In this document: positions 49,650-60,599 of the stretch, piece by piece
How the letters are laid out: each line of letters starts with the position of its first letter
Numbering within the stretch: the first letter of the stretch is position 1
Assembly (NCBI GenBank): GCA_965238005.1
Contig: OZ250165.1
Span: 2,528,001-2,592,000 of the forward strand
Direction: 5' to 3'
Length of the DNA stretch: 64,000 nucleotides
Source: Longimicrobiales bacterium
Lineage (GTDB): Bacteria > Gemmatimonadota > Gemmatimonadetes > Longimicrobiales > Gaopeijiaceae
Position numbers and translations under genes: made by a program
The notes under the pieces: model-generated
What the model was told of the DNA's origin: nothing
The model's input: the letters and a program-made list of their open reading frames with translations, nothing else
Databases searched by the model: none

Positions 49650-51406
49650 TCGGGCTCCCCCGCCCCCTGGATGGCCTTGCGCACGGCGGTACGGACCACG
49701 GCGTCCCTGTCGTTCTCCGCGGTCGCGAGAGCCTTCTGGGCCTTGGGCATACGGATCTTGCCCAACGCCCGGGCCGCGGACGCCCGGATCTCCGGGGGCT
49801 CCTTGCGGGTGAGAAGGCCCTTCTTGTTCAGGAGCTTGTCGAGGACGTCGACGGCCCCGGCCCCGCCGAGCATGCCGTAGCTCTCGAAGACGGCGATCTT
49901 CTCGGTGAGGTCGGCCTGTCGAATCTCCTTGCCCGTGACCACCGCCTTTAAGGCCGGGGCGGCGTTCGTGTACTGCATCCCTGCCAGCGCCCGAGCAGCC
50001 CCGACCCGGACGTCAGGATCCGAGTCCGTGAGTGCGTTGATCAGTCCCGGAGCCGCGCCGCTGGCACCGAGCGTCCGGGCCGCCTCTACGCTGGCGAGCC
50101 GCGCGGCGCCGTCGGGATGGCTCATGAGCCTCACCAGCTTGGGAGCGGCGTCCGACAGGCCCATCTGGCCCACCAGGCGCGCGGCCGCAGCTGCGATCAC
50201 GGCGTTCTCGTCGTCCAGGAGCGCGACCAACGCCTCGCGGTTCTCGTCGGCGATGCCGCGCACGGCCCGGCGCAGCATCTCCTGGAGCCCCTGCTCCTCC
50301 ACTTTCTCGGAAGCGTGGAGGAGGATCGGCAAGGCGCCGGAACGGAGGAACTTGAGGAGCCGGTCCAGAACCTCCACGGGGATGTCGATGGTGCCGTCCT
50401 GAAGGGCGCGAACGAGCTCCTCGATGGTCTCGGGTGAAGAGAGATCGTCCATGAGGGCGTCGCACTCCTGCTGCCGCAGCTGGTCCAGCCCCCCCGGCCT
50501 GGCCCGAGTGGCGGACAGCTGCTCCAGGATGTCGGCGGCAGCGGCCACCGCGCCACGACTCAGGAAGTTCGGCAGCAGGTCCCGGAAGATCTTCAGGATC
50601 CCCGACTGGCGCTCCGCCTGCTCCGGGTCCTCCAACCTGTCGAAGAGGGCGGCGAGGACGTCCCCTCGGAGGTCCCTCGACATCTCGGCTTCGAGCTCGT
50701 TCTTGAGCAGCTCCTTCTCCCCGGAATCCAGAGCGTATAGGGTGGGCATGAAGTCGTCCCGCCCGAGCTTCGGCGGCGGTGTCTCTTTCTTGGGAGCCTC
50801 CCCGGTCTCGGCCGAGGCACTCTCCTCTGACTCTACCTCCTCCTGGAGCACACCCGCCAGCTCGGGGCGATCTTCCTCGGGGCGCGCCTCGGGGACCTCG
50901 ACGCCGTCCGTGAGCTGGTCCACGTAATAGTACTTGAAGAAGTCCAGATCCTCTTCCCAGAGGATGGTGAGGAGGTCGTCGCCCTCGGTGGCTTTCAACG
51001 TCTTGGCCCTCTTGAGAAGGCTCAGAAGACGCTCGAGCTCCTGCCCCTCGATGCCCGGGAGGAACGTCACATCCCGGACGCCGTCCTTGTAGAAGAGGAA
51101 GGAGAGGGAATCGGAGCGGGAATCGCTGCGGTAGACCTCCTCGCCGGCCAGCGCGAAACGGTCTTCCTCAACCGAGACGTTGAGACCCTCGATCTCCTGC
51201 CAGAGGCCCTCGAACGCCTCCCGTAGGGTCGTTACGAAGCGCTTGTAAACCGGGTTGTTTTCGTCGTAGAGCTGATAGGCCCGCAGCGCCTTGCCGAGAG
51301 TGATGAACAACTCCCGGACCTGGTCGAGGGGGAGTTCCTCGACGTCTGACCACTCGGCAGAGCCGCCGTCGCCCTGATCGGAAATATCGACGGGGGTATC
51401 GGTCAA
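49646..51406 (-). CDS. HEAT-repeat protein with an uncharacterised N-terminal domain
   Basis: C-terminal repeats such as LTDSDPDVRVGAARALA and EIRASAARALGKI; stop overlaps the HD-GYP start (GTGA). Confidence 0.85.
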   Translation of the reverse strand: MTDTPVDISDQGDGGSAEWSDVEELPLDQVRELFITLGKALRAYQLYDENNPVYKRFVTTLREAFEGLWQEIEGLNVSVEEDRFALAGEEVYRSDSRSDSLSFLFYKDGVRDVTFLPGIEGQELERLLSLLKRAKTLKATEGDDLLTILWEEDLDFFKYYYVDQLTDGVEVPEARPEEDRPELAGVLQEEVESEESASAETGEAPKKETPPPKLGRDDFMPTLYALDSGEKELLKNELEAEMSRDLRGDVLAALFDRLEDPEQAERQSGILKIFRDLLPNFLSRGAVAAAADILEQLSATRARPGGLDQLRQQECDALMDDLSSPETIEELVRALQDGTIDIPVEVLDRLLKFLRSGALPILLHASEKVEEQGLQEMLRRAVRGIADENREALVALLDDENAVIAAAAARLVGQMGLSDAAPKLVRLMSHPDGAARLASVEAARTLGASGAAPGLINALTDSDPDVRVGAARALAGMQYTNAAPALKAVVTGKEIRQADLTEKIAVFESYGMLGGAGAVDVLDKLLNKKGLLTRKEPPEIRASAARALGKIRMPKAQKALATAENDRDAVVRTAVRKAIQGAGEPE

Positions 51407-51418
51407 TGGTCTCTCGCT

Positions 51419-52629
<1,211 letters not shown>

Positions 52630-52633
<4 letters not shown>

Positions 52634-53304
52634 CGCTGCCCCGTATCCGGGATGGGAGCGTCCGTCATCCGGGCGTTCCTCACGAACGCCCGGATCAGGT
52701 CATGATCCTTGCGTCGAGGCGAGAGCTCAACGCCCGAGCTGACGTCGACCACGTCCGGAGAGAGGACCCGCACCGCCTGCTCGACATTGTCGGGAGTGAG
52801 GCCTCCGGCCGCGATCAGCCTGACCCCCGGCGGGAAGGCACCCCTCACGGAGGAGAAGTCCTCCCAGGTGAAGGAGACGCCACCACCACCGGGACGCTCA
52901 GGGTGCCAGGCGTCCAGGAGCACGCCGTCCACGGAGGTCCCGAACTCATTCAGGGCTCGGATCACGTCGTCGGGCTCTCGCACTCTCACGGCCTTCCAGA
53001 TCGCCCAATCGCCCCGGCTGCGCAACTCCTGGACGAACGCCGGGCTCTCCTCCCCGTGAAGCTGGATCACCGAAGCGCCCACCAGTTCTGCGATACGCTG
53101 GGCCTCATCGACGGACTCGTCCACCAGCACCGCGACCACGGGCGTATCGACGGCGAGCCCGATGTCCACAGCCTGGTCGGGCATGAGGCTTCTGCCGAAG
53201 CCCTGTGAGAGGATCATGCCGAGATAGCTCGCTCCCAACTCCTCGGCGGCGCGGGCGTCCTCCACGGAGCAGAGCCCACAGATCTTGACCCGCACGTCAC
53301 CCAT
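52630..53304 (-). CDS. trpF: Phosphoribosylanthranilate isomerase
   Basis: [30 protein letters not shown]. Confidence 0.95.
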
Positions 53305-54106
53305 GGCCCCGGCCCCTCCGCACCTCTCCCGCAAGGGCCGAGACGCCCGCGCCCGGATCGCTCTGGCGCAGAAGCGACTCCCCGACCAACACGGCATCGA
53401 CGCCCTTGTCCCCCAGCAAGCGTACGTCTTCCCGGGTGCGGATGCCGCTTTCCGAGACCAGGACCACGTCCGGGGGAATCCGGTCCAGGAGGCCGAGCGT
53501 CACCTCCAGCCGGGTCTCGAAGGTCCTGAGATTCCGGTTGTTCACCCCGATCAGTCGAGCGCCGGCCGCCACACCTCGATCCACTTCCTCGCCGTCGTGC
53601 GCCTCGACCAGGACCGTCATTCCCAGCTCCTCAGCCAACTGGCGCAAAGAGCGCATTCGGGCGTCGTCCAGGATCCGCACGATGAGCAAAATCGCATCCG
53701 CTCCCGCGGCCCGAGCCTCGTAGATCTGGGACTCGTCGATGAGGAAGTCCTTCCGAAGCACGGGAAGGCCCACGAGTCCTCCAGCAACGCTCAGGTCCTC
53801 GAGGGAGCCTCCGAAGTAGTCCCGATCCGTCAGGACGCTGAGGGCCGCAGCTCCGCCCGCTTCGTAGGTCGAAGCCAGCTGCAGGGGGTCCAGATCGGGA
53901 CGGATGGGTCCGGCCCCAGGCGATCGCCTCTTGATCTCCGCGATCACCGCGACGGATTCGCCGCCACTCAGGGCACCGAGGAAGTCCCGGGCGGGCTCGG
54001 CGCTCTCAGCGGCCGCTCGGAGCTCCGCCACGCGATCTCTGAGCCCCTCCACCTCGTGCCGCTTGGTCTCCACGATCCGCCCGAGGATGTCCGTCGCAGG
54101 GCTCAT
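53297..54106 (-). CDS. trpC: Indole-3-glycerol phosphate synthase
   Basis: IAEIKRRSP, LSVLTD..YFGGS, LRKDF, IGVNNRNL, SESGI. Confidence 0.96.
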   Translation of the reverse strand: MSPATDILGRIVETKRHEVEGLRDRVAELRAAAESAEPARDFLGALSGGESVAVIAEIKRRSPGAGPIRPDLDPLQLASTYEAGGAAALSVLTDRDYFGGSLEDLSVAGGLVGLPVLRKDFLIDESQIYEARAAGADAILLIVRILDDARMRSLRQLAEELGMTVLVEAHDGEEVDRGVAAGARLIGVNNRNLRTFETRLEVTLGLLDRIPPDVVLVSESGIRTREDVRLLGDKGVDAVLVGESLLRQSDPGAGVSALAGEVRRGRGHG

Positions 54107-54151
54107 CGTCGTGCCCACGGGCGCACCACACCCCATGATCCCTGAACAACC

Positions 54152-54200
54152 TTGCGTTTCGGGCAACGTTCGGGTATCGTGTGTTCGGGTCCTATTCGGG
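54152..54200 (+). promoter_or_regulatory. lexA sigma70 promoter overlapped by candidate direct-repeat LexA boxes
   Basis: TTGCGT(54152)-N17-TATCGT(54175); TTTC-N7-GTTC at 54157-54171 and GTTC-N7-ATTC at 54183-54197; TTCGGG occurs four times. Confidence 0.6.
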
Positions 54201-54225
54201 TTCCATCGATACGGAGGCGGACACG

Positions 54226-54834
54226 ATGCCCCTGACGAAGCGACAAAAGGAGATCCTCGTTCATATTGAGAGTTTCATCGACGAGCACGGATACGCCCCC
54301 AGCTTCGAGGAGATCGCCGCCGCCTTCGGGTACTCCTCCCTCGCCACGGTGCATGAGCACCTCAGCAATCTGGAGCGCAAGGGCTACATCCGGAAGGCCT
54401 ACAACGAGAGCCGGTCCATCGAGCTGGTGGGGCACGCGTCCTTGTCCGGCTCGGTGGAACTACCTCTCTTCGGAGCGGTGGCGGCCGGGCTTCCCATCGA
54501 GGCCATCGAGCAACAAGAGACCTTGGCCGTCCCGCCGGACATGGTGCGGGCCGGCAGTGAGAACTTCGTGCTCCGGGTCGAAGGCGAATCCATGATCGAT
54601 GAGCAGATCCGTGACGGCGACTACATCGTCGTCAACTCGCAGGACACGGCCGACGACGGGCAGATGGTCGTGGCGCTCGTGGGCGGTGACTCGGCGACAG
54701 TCAAGAAGCTCTATCGCGAGAGCGACGGCCGCATTCGGCTGCAGCCGGCCAACCCTACCATGCCACCCATCTTGGAGCATCCCGACAACGTCCAGATTCA
54801 GGGCGTCGTCGTGGGCGTCATCCGCAAGTACTAG
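54226..54834 (+). CDS. lexA: SOS repressor LexA
   Basis: LTKRQKEIL, GYAPSFEEIA, VAAGLP (Ala-Gly cleavage site), GESM (Ser), TVKK (Lys). Confidence 0.96.
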   Translation: MPLTKRQKEILVHIESFIDEHGYAPSFEEIAAAFGYSSLATVHEHLSNLERKGYIRKAYNESRSIELVGHASLSGSVELPLFGAVAAGLPIEAIEQQETLAVPPDMVRAGSENFVLRVEGESMIDEQIRDGDYIVVNSQDTADDGQMVVALVGGDSATVKKLYRESDGRIRLQPANPTMPPILEHPDNVQIQGVVVGVIRKY

Positions 54835-54858
54835 TGTTCTTTGGTAACGGGACCCTAG

Positions 54859-56460
54859 GAGTCTGCGCCGCAGAAGCACAGCTGACTGAGCCGAATGGTC
54901 ATCGAGCCGTCCGCGGCGAGGCGGATCCGGGTGATTGGGAGGTTGAGGACTTGTGTCTGCGACGGATCGGGAGAGCGGAATGGATGCGTTGGGGGGGGCA
55001 AGAGAGCTACGAGAGCCCTCGCGCCGGCAGATGCGGGTGAACCCTCGTGCAGTCATGCCGCCTGAAGGGTGTGCAGCCGCTTCACATTGAGTGCCAGGCA
55101 CACGAGGGTCCACTCGGCCCGGACCTTCTCGAGGCCCCGGAAGCTGAATCGTCGAAAGCCCATCACTTCCTTGATCCAGCCGATGGGCGCCTCGGCCTGC
55201 GACTTTCGCCGTGCGTAGCGTCTGCGGCCATCTTCGCTCGCCAGCTTCTCCGCCATGCGGACTTTCGCCGGATATTCCTCCTTGTCAACCGTGGGGGCGG
55301 CCTTGCCCTCCCGGGCCAGCGCCACATACCCGTCGATGTCTCGCTCTTCCAGTTCCTCGAGATCCCGCTCGTTGCAATAGCCCGTGTCCGCCAGCACCTG
55401 CGCCGGCGTCTCGCCGTACGCTTGCGCCACCGCGTCGACCATGGGCACCAGCTGGCCCTGGTCGCTCGCGTTGTCCGTCACCTCGGCCCCGACCACCAGC
55501 TGGTTCTCCCCCTCCACGACCGTCTGTGCGTTGTAGCACTGCTGGAACCCCTCCGAACTCGTCTTCATGATCCGGCTCTCAGGGTCCGTGAAGTTGCTCT
55601 GCGCCGCCTCGTCCGGCTCTCCGTACTCCCGCTTGTAGGGCCTGCCGCCCTTCGGGTTGCGCGTCTGCCCCGGCTTGCGGCCCCGTGCGTCGTCCGCCGC
55701 TCTCTGCTCGGCTTCCAGGCGCGCCTTCGCCTCCCGGATCGCCGCCAGCCGGTCCTCGCGCCGCTTGAGCTCCTCCGGCACCTCGTCTCCGCATGCTTCC
55801 TCGCCGTAGCGCTCGTCTTCCGCTTCGTCCACCGCCTCGGCCCTCTCCAACAGCCCCCGGATCTCCGCCTCCAGCCGAGGCTCCCCGGTCACCATCCGGC
55901 CGTAGCTCATCGCCTTGCGCTTGTTCGCGTTCGCCCGAACCTTCGTCCCGTCCACCGACACCCTGCCAAGCCCCGCCAGCCCCAAGGCCCGCGCGAGCAT
56001 CACCACCTCCACAAACACCGCCCGGAAATCCCCGAGATGGCGCTTGCGGAACTCGCACAGCGTCCGGTGCTTCGGGAAGTTCTCCGCCGCCAGCATCCGA
56101 AACGCGACATCCTCCTCCAGCTTCCTCGCCATCTTCCGCGACGAGAAGGTGCCCGTCGCATACGCGTAGATCAGCACCTTGACCATCATCCGAGGGTCGT
56201 ACGGCGAGTTGCGCCGCCCGTCCCCCCGGTACCGCCCGTAGAACGCGCTCAGCTCCACCGCGTCCACCAGGTCGCTCACATGGTGCGCCAAATGACCCTC
56301 CGACACCCACTCCCGAAGATCCGGAGGCAGCAACAACATCTGCTCCGGATCGTACGGTCGAAATGTCGTTCCCATTCACCCCCCTCGGTGATCCGCAAGC
56401 CTTCCCAATGCCTTCGCTACCACCAAAGATAGCCGCCGCAGGGTTCTGCGGCGCAGACTC
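54859..56460 (-). mobile_element. IS1182-family insertion sequence, 1602 bp, CTAG target duplication
   Basis: Perfect 17-bp terminal inverted repeats GAGTCTGCGCCGCAGAA (54859-54875, 56444-56460); CTAG at 54855-54858 and 56461-56464. Confidence 0.93.
55053..56375 (-). CDS. IS1182-family transposase
   Basis: YDPRMMVKVLIYAY..G.FSSR, VDGTKVRANA, NFTDPESRIMK, YNAQ, LADTGY, MGFRRFSFRG. Confidence 0.93.
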   Translation of the reverse strand: MGTTFRPYDPEQMLLLPPDLREWVSEGHLAHHVSDLVDAVELSAFYGRYRGDGRRNSPYDPRMMVKVLIYAYATGTFSSRKMARKLEEDVAFRMLAAENFPKHRTLCEFRKRHLGDFRAVFVEVVMLARALGLAGLGRVSVDGTKVRANANKRKAMSYGRMVTGEPRLEAEIRGLLERAEAVDEAEDERYGEEACGDEVPEELKRREDRLAAIREAKARLEAEQRAADDARGRKPGQTRNPKGGRPYKREYGEPDEAAQSNFTDPESRIMKTSSEGFQQCYNAQTVVEGENQLVVGAEVTDNASDQGQLVPMVDAVAQAYGETPAQVLADTGYCNERDLEELEERDIDGYVALAREGKAAPTVDKEEYPAKVRMAEKLASEDGRRRYARRKSQAEAPIGWIKEVMGFRRFSFRGLEKVRAEWTLVCLALNVKRLHTLQAA

Positions 56461-57516
56461 CTAGGGCGCACGCGTAGCCGCTCGTAGCAAGTCCAGGGCT
56501 TCCAGAGCCCTGCCGTTGTCGAGGGCCTCCGTGGCCGCGTCGATGCTCTCCTCCAGCGTGTCGGCAGCACCCGACACGTAAATAGCCGCCCCCGCGTTCA
56601 GCAGCACGGCCGACCTGGCGCCTCCCTGCTCGTCTCCCTGAAGCACCGCCATTATGACCTGGGCGTTCTCCTCGGGCTCGCCTCCCGCCAACTCTTCGGC
56701 CGAGCAGAGCTCCATGCCGAAGTCCTCGGGTCTCACCGTACGCTCGCTCACCGACCCGTCCACCAGCTCGGCCACCCGCGTTGGGCCCATGGGACTGAGC
56801 TCGTCCAGCCCGGGCTCTCCGTGCACCACCAGCGCGCGGGTATGGCCCAGCTCCCGGAGCGACTCTACCACGAGCGTTACCAGGGACGGATCCGCCACGC
56901 CCACCAGCTGTCTGCCGACCCGGGCGGGGTTCGTGAGGGGTCCCAGGATGTTCATCACGGTGGGAAAGCCGAGCTCCCTGCGGACCGGCCCCACGTGCCG
57001 CATGGCCGGGTGGAGGAGAGGGGCGAACATGAAGACCAGCCCGACCTCCTTCAGGACCAGGGCCATTTCTTCGGGGGTCAGCTCGATGCGTACCCCTAAC
57101 GCCTCGAGAACGTCGGCACTTCCGCTCCGGGACGTGAAGGAGCGATTCCCGTGCTTCGCGACGCGAGCCCCTGCCCCGCAGGCCACGAGAGCGGCGGCTG
57201 TGGAGATGTTGAAGGTGGTGACGGCCCCACCCCCCGTTCCGCAAGTGTCTATGAGCTGGTCCGTCGCTTCCGAGGCCACCTCAACCATGGCCTTGCGGAG
57301 GGCTCGCACGCCACCTGCCACCTCCACCGGGATCACGCCCTTCACTCGAAGCGCGGTGAGAATCGAGGACATCTGCACCGCAGAGGCGCTTCCCTCCATG
57401 AAGACGTCGAACGAGAACTCGGCCTCGGCGGCGGTGAGGTGCTCCCCTCCGGCGAGCTTGTAAAGGACGTCTCGGAGGTCTGAAGGCGGTGACGATCGAG
57501 GGGAGCTCTGGCTCAT
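56461..57516 (-). CDS. trpD: Anthranilate phosphoribosyltransferase
   Basis: DTCGTGG, FNIST, AKHGNRS.TS.SGSADVLE, NILGPLTNP, GLDE. Confidence 0.96.
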   Translation of the reverse strand: MSQSSPRSSPPSDLRDVLYKLAGGEHLTAAEAEFSFDVFMEGSASAVQMSSILTALRVKGVIPVEVAGGVRALRKAMVEVASEATDQLIDTCGTGGGAVTTFNISTAAALVACGAGARVAKHGNRSFTSRSGSADVLEALGVRIELTPEEMALVLKEVGLVFMFAPLLHPAMRHVGPVRRELGFPTVMNILGPLTNPARVGRQLVGVADPSLVTLVVESLRELGHTRALVVHGEPGLDELSPMGPTRVAELVDGSVSERTVRPEDFGMELCSAEELAGGEPEENAQVIMAVLQGDEQGGARSAVLLNAGAAIYVSGAADTLEESIDAATEALDNGRALEALDLLRAATRAP

Positions 57517-57640
57517 TCGAGATGGCGTTCCGTGGACGAAATCCCGTGCCGGAGGGCACGATTTCCCCGGCAGAATACAGCTACAATTCAACCTTCCGGG
57601 CATCGCTTGACAACAGTTGCGGCCTTTCTACCTTCCGGGC

Positions 57641-58462
57641 GTGGAATCCGTGAGGGTGAATCGCCTCAAGCTGATCCTGCAATATGACGGCTCAGCCTTC
57701 TTCGGCTGGCAGATACAGCGTGAGGAGCGAACCGTTCAAGGGGAGCTCGAAGCGGCTCTGAAGCGTCTTACAGGTGCCCGGCGCCCGGTGGAGGGATCGG
57801 GCAGAACGGATCGGGGAGTCCACGCGACCGGTCAAGTGGCAGCCGTGTCCCTCCCCGAGCCCTGGGGACCGTCCAAGCTCAAGAAAGCGCTGAACGCGGT
57901 GCTGCCCAACGACATCCGGATCGACACCGTCGAGCCGGCGGCCCCCGATTTCAGCCCGCGCTACGATGCCGTCGCCCGCACGTATCTCTATCGCCTCGGC
58001 GTCTCGGAGGAGAGCCGGTCTCCGTTCCACCGTCCGTGGTGCTGGGCCCTGGCGACCGACGTGGACGCCATCCTTTTGAGTGAGGCCGCCGACCTCCTTC
58101 CCGGAGAGCACTCGTTCAGGGCCTTCGCCAAGTCCGGGCAACCCGAGCGTGGTGAGCTCTGCACGGTCCGGGAGTCACAGTGGGAGCCCTGGGAGGATCT
58201 CGGGTTCTCGTTTCGGATAACCGCCAACCGCTATCTTCACCGTATGGTCCGCTACCTCGTCGGGACGATGGTGGACATCGCGCGCGGACGGCGCCCGCCG
58301 GACGACCTGGGCCGTCTGCTGGCCAATTCGGACGACGACCTGGCGACGTCTCCGCCGGCGCCTCCCGAAGGCCTTTTTCTACATCATGTGGCGTATCCGG
58401 ATGTGGCGTATCCGGCGGAGCCCGCTGCTACGACCGGGGACGCCACCACGACAACGCCCTAA
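57641..58462 (+). CDS. truA: tRNA pseudouridine(38-40) synthase
   Basis: [36 protein letters not shown]. The GTG start is inferred from the upstream promoter. Confidence 0.93.
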   Translation: MESVRVNRLKLILQYDGSAFFGWQIQREERTVQGELEAALKRLTGARRPVEGSGRTDRGVHATGQVAAVSLPEPWGPSKLKKALNAVLPNDIRIDTVEPAAPDFSPRYDAVARTYLYRLGVSEESRSPFHRPWCWALATDVDAILLSEAADLLPGEHSFRAFAKSGQPERGELCTVRESQWEPWEDLGFSFRITANRYLHRMVRYLVGTMVDIARGRRPPDDLGRLLANSDDDLATSPPAPPEGLFLHHVAYPDVAYPAEPAATTGDATTTTP

Positions 58463-58473
58463 CCGACCAGAAC

Positions 58474-59130
58474 ATGAGAATCTTTCTCGATACCGCCGAC
58501 CCCGAAGAGATCCGCCGAGCCAACGCCGCAGGCCTCATCGACGGCGTGACCACCAACCCGTCCCTTATGGCCAAGGTAGGAGGAGACCGCGAGCCGGCGG
58601 ATCTCTTCCTGGAGATCTGTCAGACCGTGGACGGGCCGGTGAGCGCCGAGGTCGTGGCGCTGGACGCCGAGGGCATGGTGGATCAGGGCACACGTCTCGC
58701 CAAGATCCACGACAACATCGTCGTCAAGGTCCCTCTCACGGAGGCGGGGCTCGTCGCGTGCCGTACGCTCAAGAGTGAAGACATCGGAGTGAACGTGACG
58801 CTCTGCTTCTCGCCGACCCAGGCGCTGCTGGCGGCGAAGGCGGGAGCCACGTTCATCTCTCCCTTCGTCGGCCGCGTCGATGACATCGCGGGCGACGGGA
58901 TGGAGCTCCTGGGGCAGATCCGCCAGATCTACGACAACTACGAGATCGAGACTCAGATCCTGGCCGCGTCCATCCGGCATCCCCAGCACATGGTGCAAGC
59001 CCTGATGATCGGCGCCGACTGCGCCACGTTGCCAGCGAAGGTGCTGTATCAACTGTTGAAGCATCCGTTGACCGACCGCGGCCTGGACGCGTTCCTGGCG
59101 GACTGGAAGAAGTTGGGAAGGGATCTCTAG
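58474..59130 (+). CDS. tal: Transaldolase (short TalC/Fsa-type family)
   Basis: [33 protein letters not shown]; Phe at this position favours transaldolase over FSA. Confidence 0.9.
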   Translation: MRIFLDTADPEEIRRANAAGLIDGVTTNPSLMAKVGGDREPADLFLEICQTVDGPVSAEVVALDAEGMVDQGTRLAKIHDNIVVKVPLTEAGLVACRTLKSEDIGVNVTLCFSPTQALLAAKAGATFISPFVGRVDDIAGDGMELLGQIRQIYDNYEIETQILAASIRHPQHMVQALMIGADCATLPAKVLYQLLKHPLTDRGLDAFLADWKKLGRDL

Positions 59131-60599
59131 TGAGGTGCCCGTCAGCCCTCGCAACAGTGGCCTCCGCCCTCGTGGCGCTGTCCACGACGGCCTGTAGCGC
59201 GGAGGAAACTCCCAACTCCACCGTCGTTGCGGAGGCGGCATCGGCAGCCGCTCTGCGGGTGCCAGCCACCTCAGCGCCTATCGCTTCGTCCCCGCAGCTG
59301 CCGGCCGCCGAGCGCTCCGGACAGCTGGACGAATCGCGGAGCACGGCCATCGTCGAAGCCGCCACCGAGGTGGCGCCGGCCGTGGTGAGCGTGAATGTCC
59401 TCCGGACCGAGCAGGTACGCACCCGCTCGTTCTTCGACCCGTTTTCCATGCCCCGCGCGCGCCGCAGCCGTGGCTTGGGATCGGGCTTCATAATCAGTGA
59501 CGACGGCGTGATCCTCACCAACGATCACGTGATTCAGGGCGCGGAGCGCATCATGGTCACCCTCCCCGACGGCCGCGACTTCGAGGCCGAGCTGGTGGGG
59601 ACGGATCAGCTCACCGACGTGGCCGTTCTCCGGATCCGGGGCGACCGGCTCCCGGTGGCCCGCCTGGGCACGTCGGAGGGGCTGCTCATCGGCGAGTGGG
59701 CCCTGGCCATCGGGAACCCCTTCGGGAATCTCTTCTCCAACTCGGTGCCCAGCGTCACGGCCGGAGTCATCAGCGCCACCGGAAGGCACATCATCCCGGA
59801 TTCCGACGACCGCGTCGTCTATCTGGGGATGATCCAAACCGACGCCTCCATAAATCCCGGAAATTCGGGCGGACCACTGGTCAACTCCGCCGGTGAGGTC
59901 ATCGGTGTCAACAGCTCCATCTTCTCCCGGAGTGGGGGAAGCGAGGGTCTAGGTTTCGCCATTCCCATCGATCGGGCCATCCGCGTGGCCGACGACCTCA
60001 TACGCACAGGTGAGCCGACACGGGCGTGGCTCGGCTTCGAGGTGGACGCCGGCGCCGAGGACATCTGGGGCCGGACGCAAGGGATCGTGGTGGCCAGCGT
60101 GTCACCCGACTCACCGGCCGCACGCGCCAGCATCTCGGGGGGCGACCGCATCGTCTCCGTGGACGGGCAGCCGCTCCATACGCCTCTGGACTTCGAATCC
60201 GTGCTCCTGGACCTCAGGGCCGGAGAGTCCATCGAGCTGGGTGTCGAGGGGCGAGCAAGCGCGGTGACCCTGGTATCTGAGGAGGTTCCCTCGGTCTCGG
60301 CGGACCGGGTCACCGCCCTGGAGCAGATGCAGCTCGTCACCGTGACCCCGCAGATCCGCGCCGAGAGGAACCTCAGATACGAGAGCGGAGCGCTCATCCT
60401 GTCCATCGAGCCACAGCTGGAGAGTCGCATCGGCTTCCGGGCGGGCGACGTGATCCTCCAGATCAACCGCGAGGGCGTCACCTCTGCCGAGCAGGCCGCG
60501 AGCATATTCCGGCGGGCATCGGGCAACATGCCCGTATACATCGAGCGCAACGGCGGAGTCATCGTGAGGCAGCTCTCCTTCCGGCGGTCCCGTGGCTGA
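59130..60599 (+). CDS. HtrA/DegP-family serine protease with two PDZ domains
   Basis: GSGFII, TNDHVI, TDVAVL, IQTDASINPGNSGGPL. Confidence 0.93.
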   Translation: MRCPSALATVASALVALSTTACSAEETPNSTVVAEAASAAALRVPATSAPIASSPQLPAAERSGQLDESRSTAIVEAATEVAPAVVSVNVLRTEQVRTRSFFDPFSMPRARRSRGLGSGFIISDDGVILTNDHVIQGAERIMVTLPDGRDFEAELVGTDQLTDVAVLRIRGDRLPVARLGTSEGLLIGEWALAIGNPFGNLFSNSVPSVTAGVISATGRHIIPDSDDRVVYLGMIQTDASINPGNSGGPLVNSAGEVIGVNSSIFSRSGGSEGLGFAIPIDRAIRVADDLIRTGEPTRAWLGFEVDAGAEDIWGRTQGIVVASVSPDSPAARASISGGDRIVSVDGQPLHTPLDFESVLLDLRAGESIELGVEGRASAVTLVSEEVPSVSADRVTALEQMQLVTVTPQIRAERNLRYESGALILSIEPQLESRIGFRAGDVILQINREGVTSAEQAASIFRRASGNMPVYIERNGGVIVRQLSFRRSRG

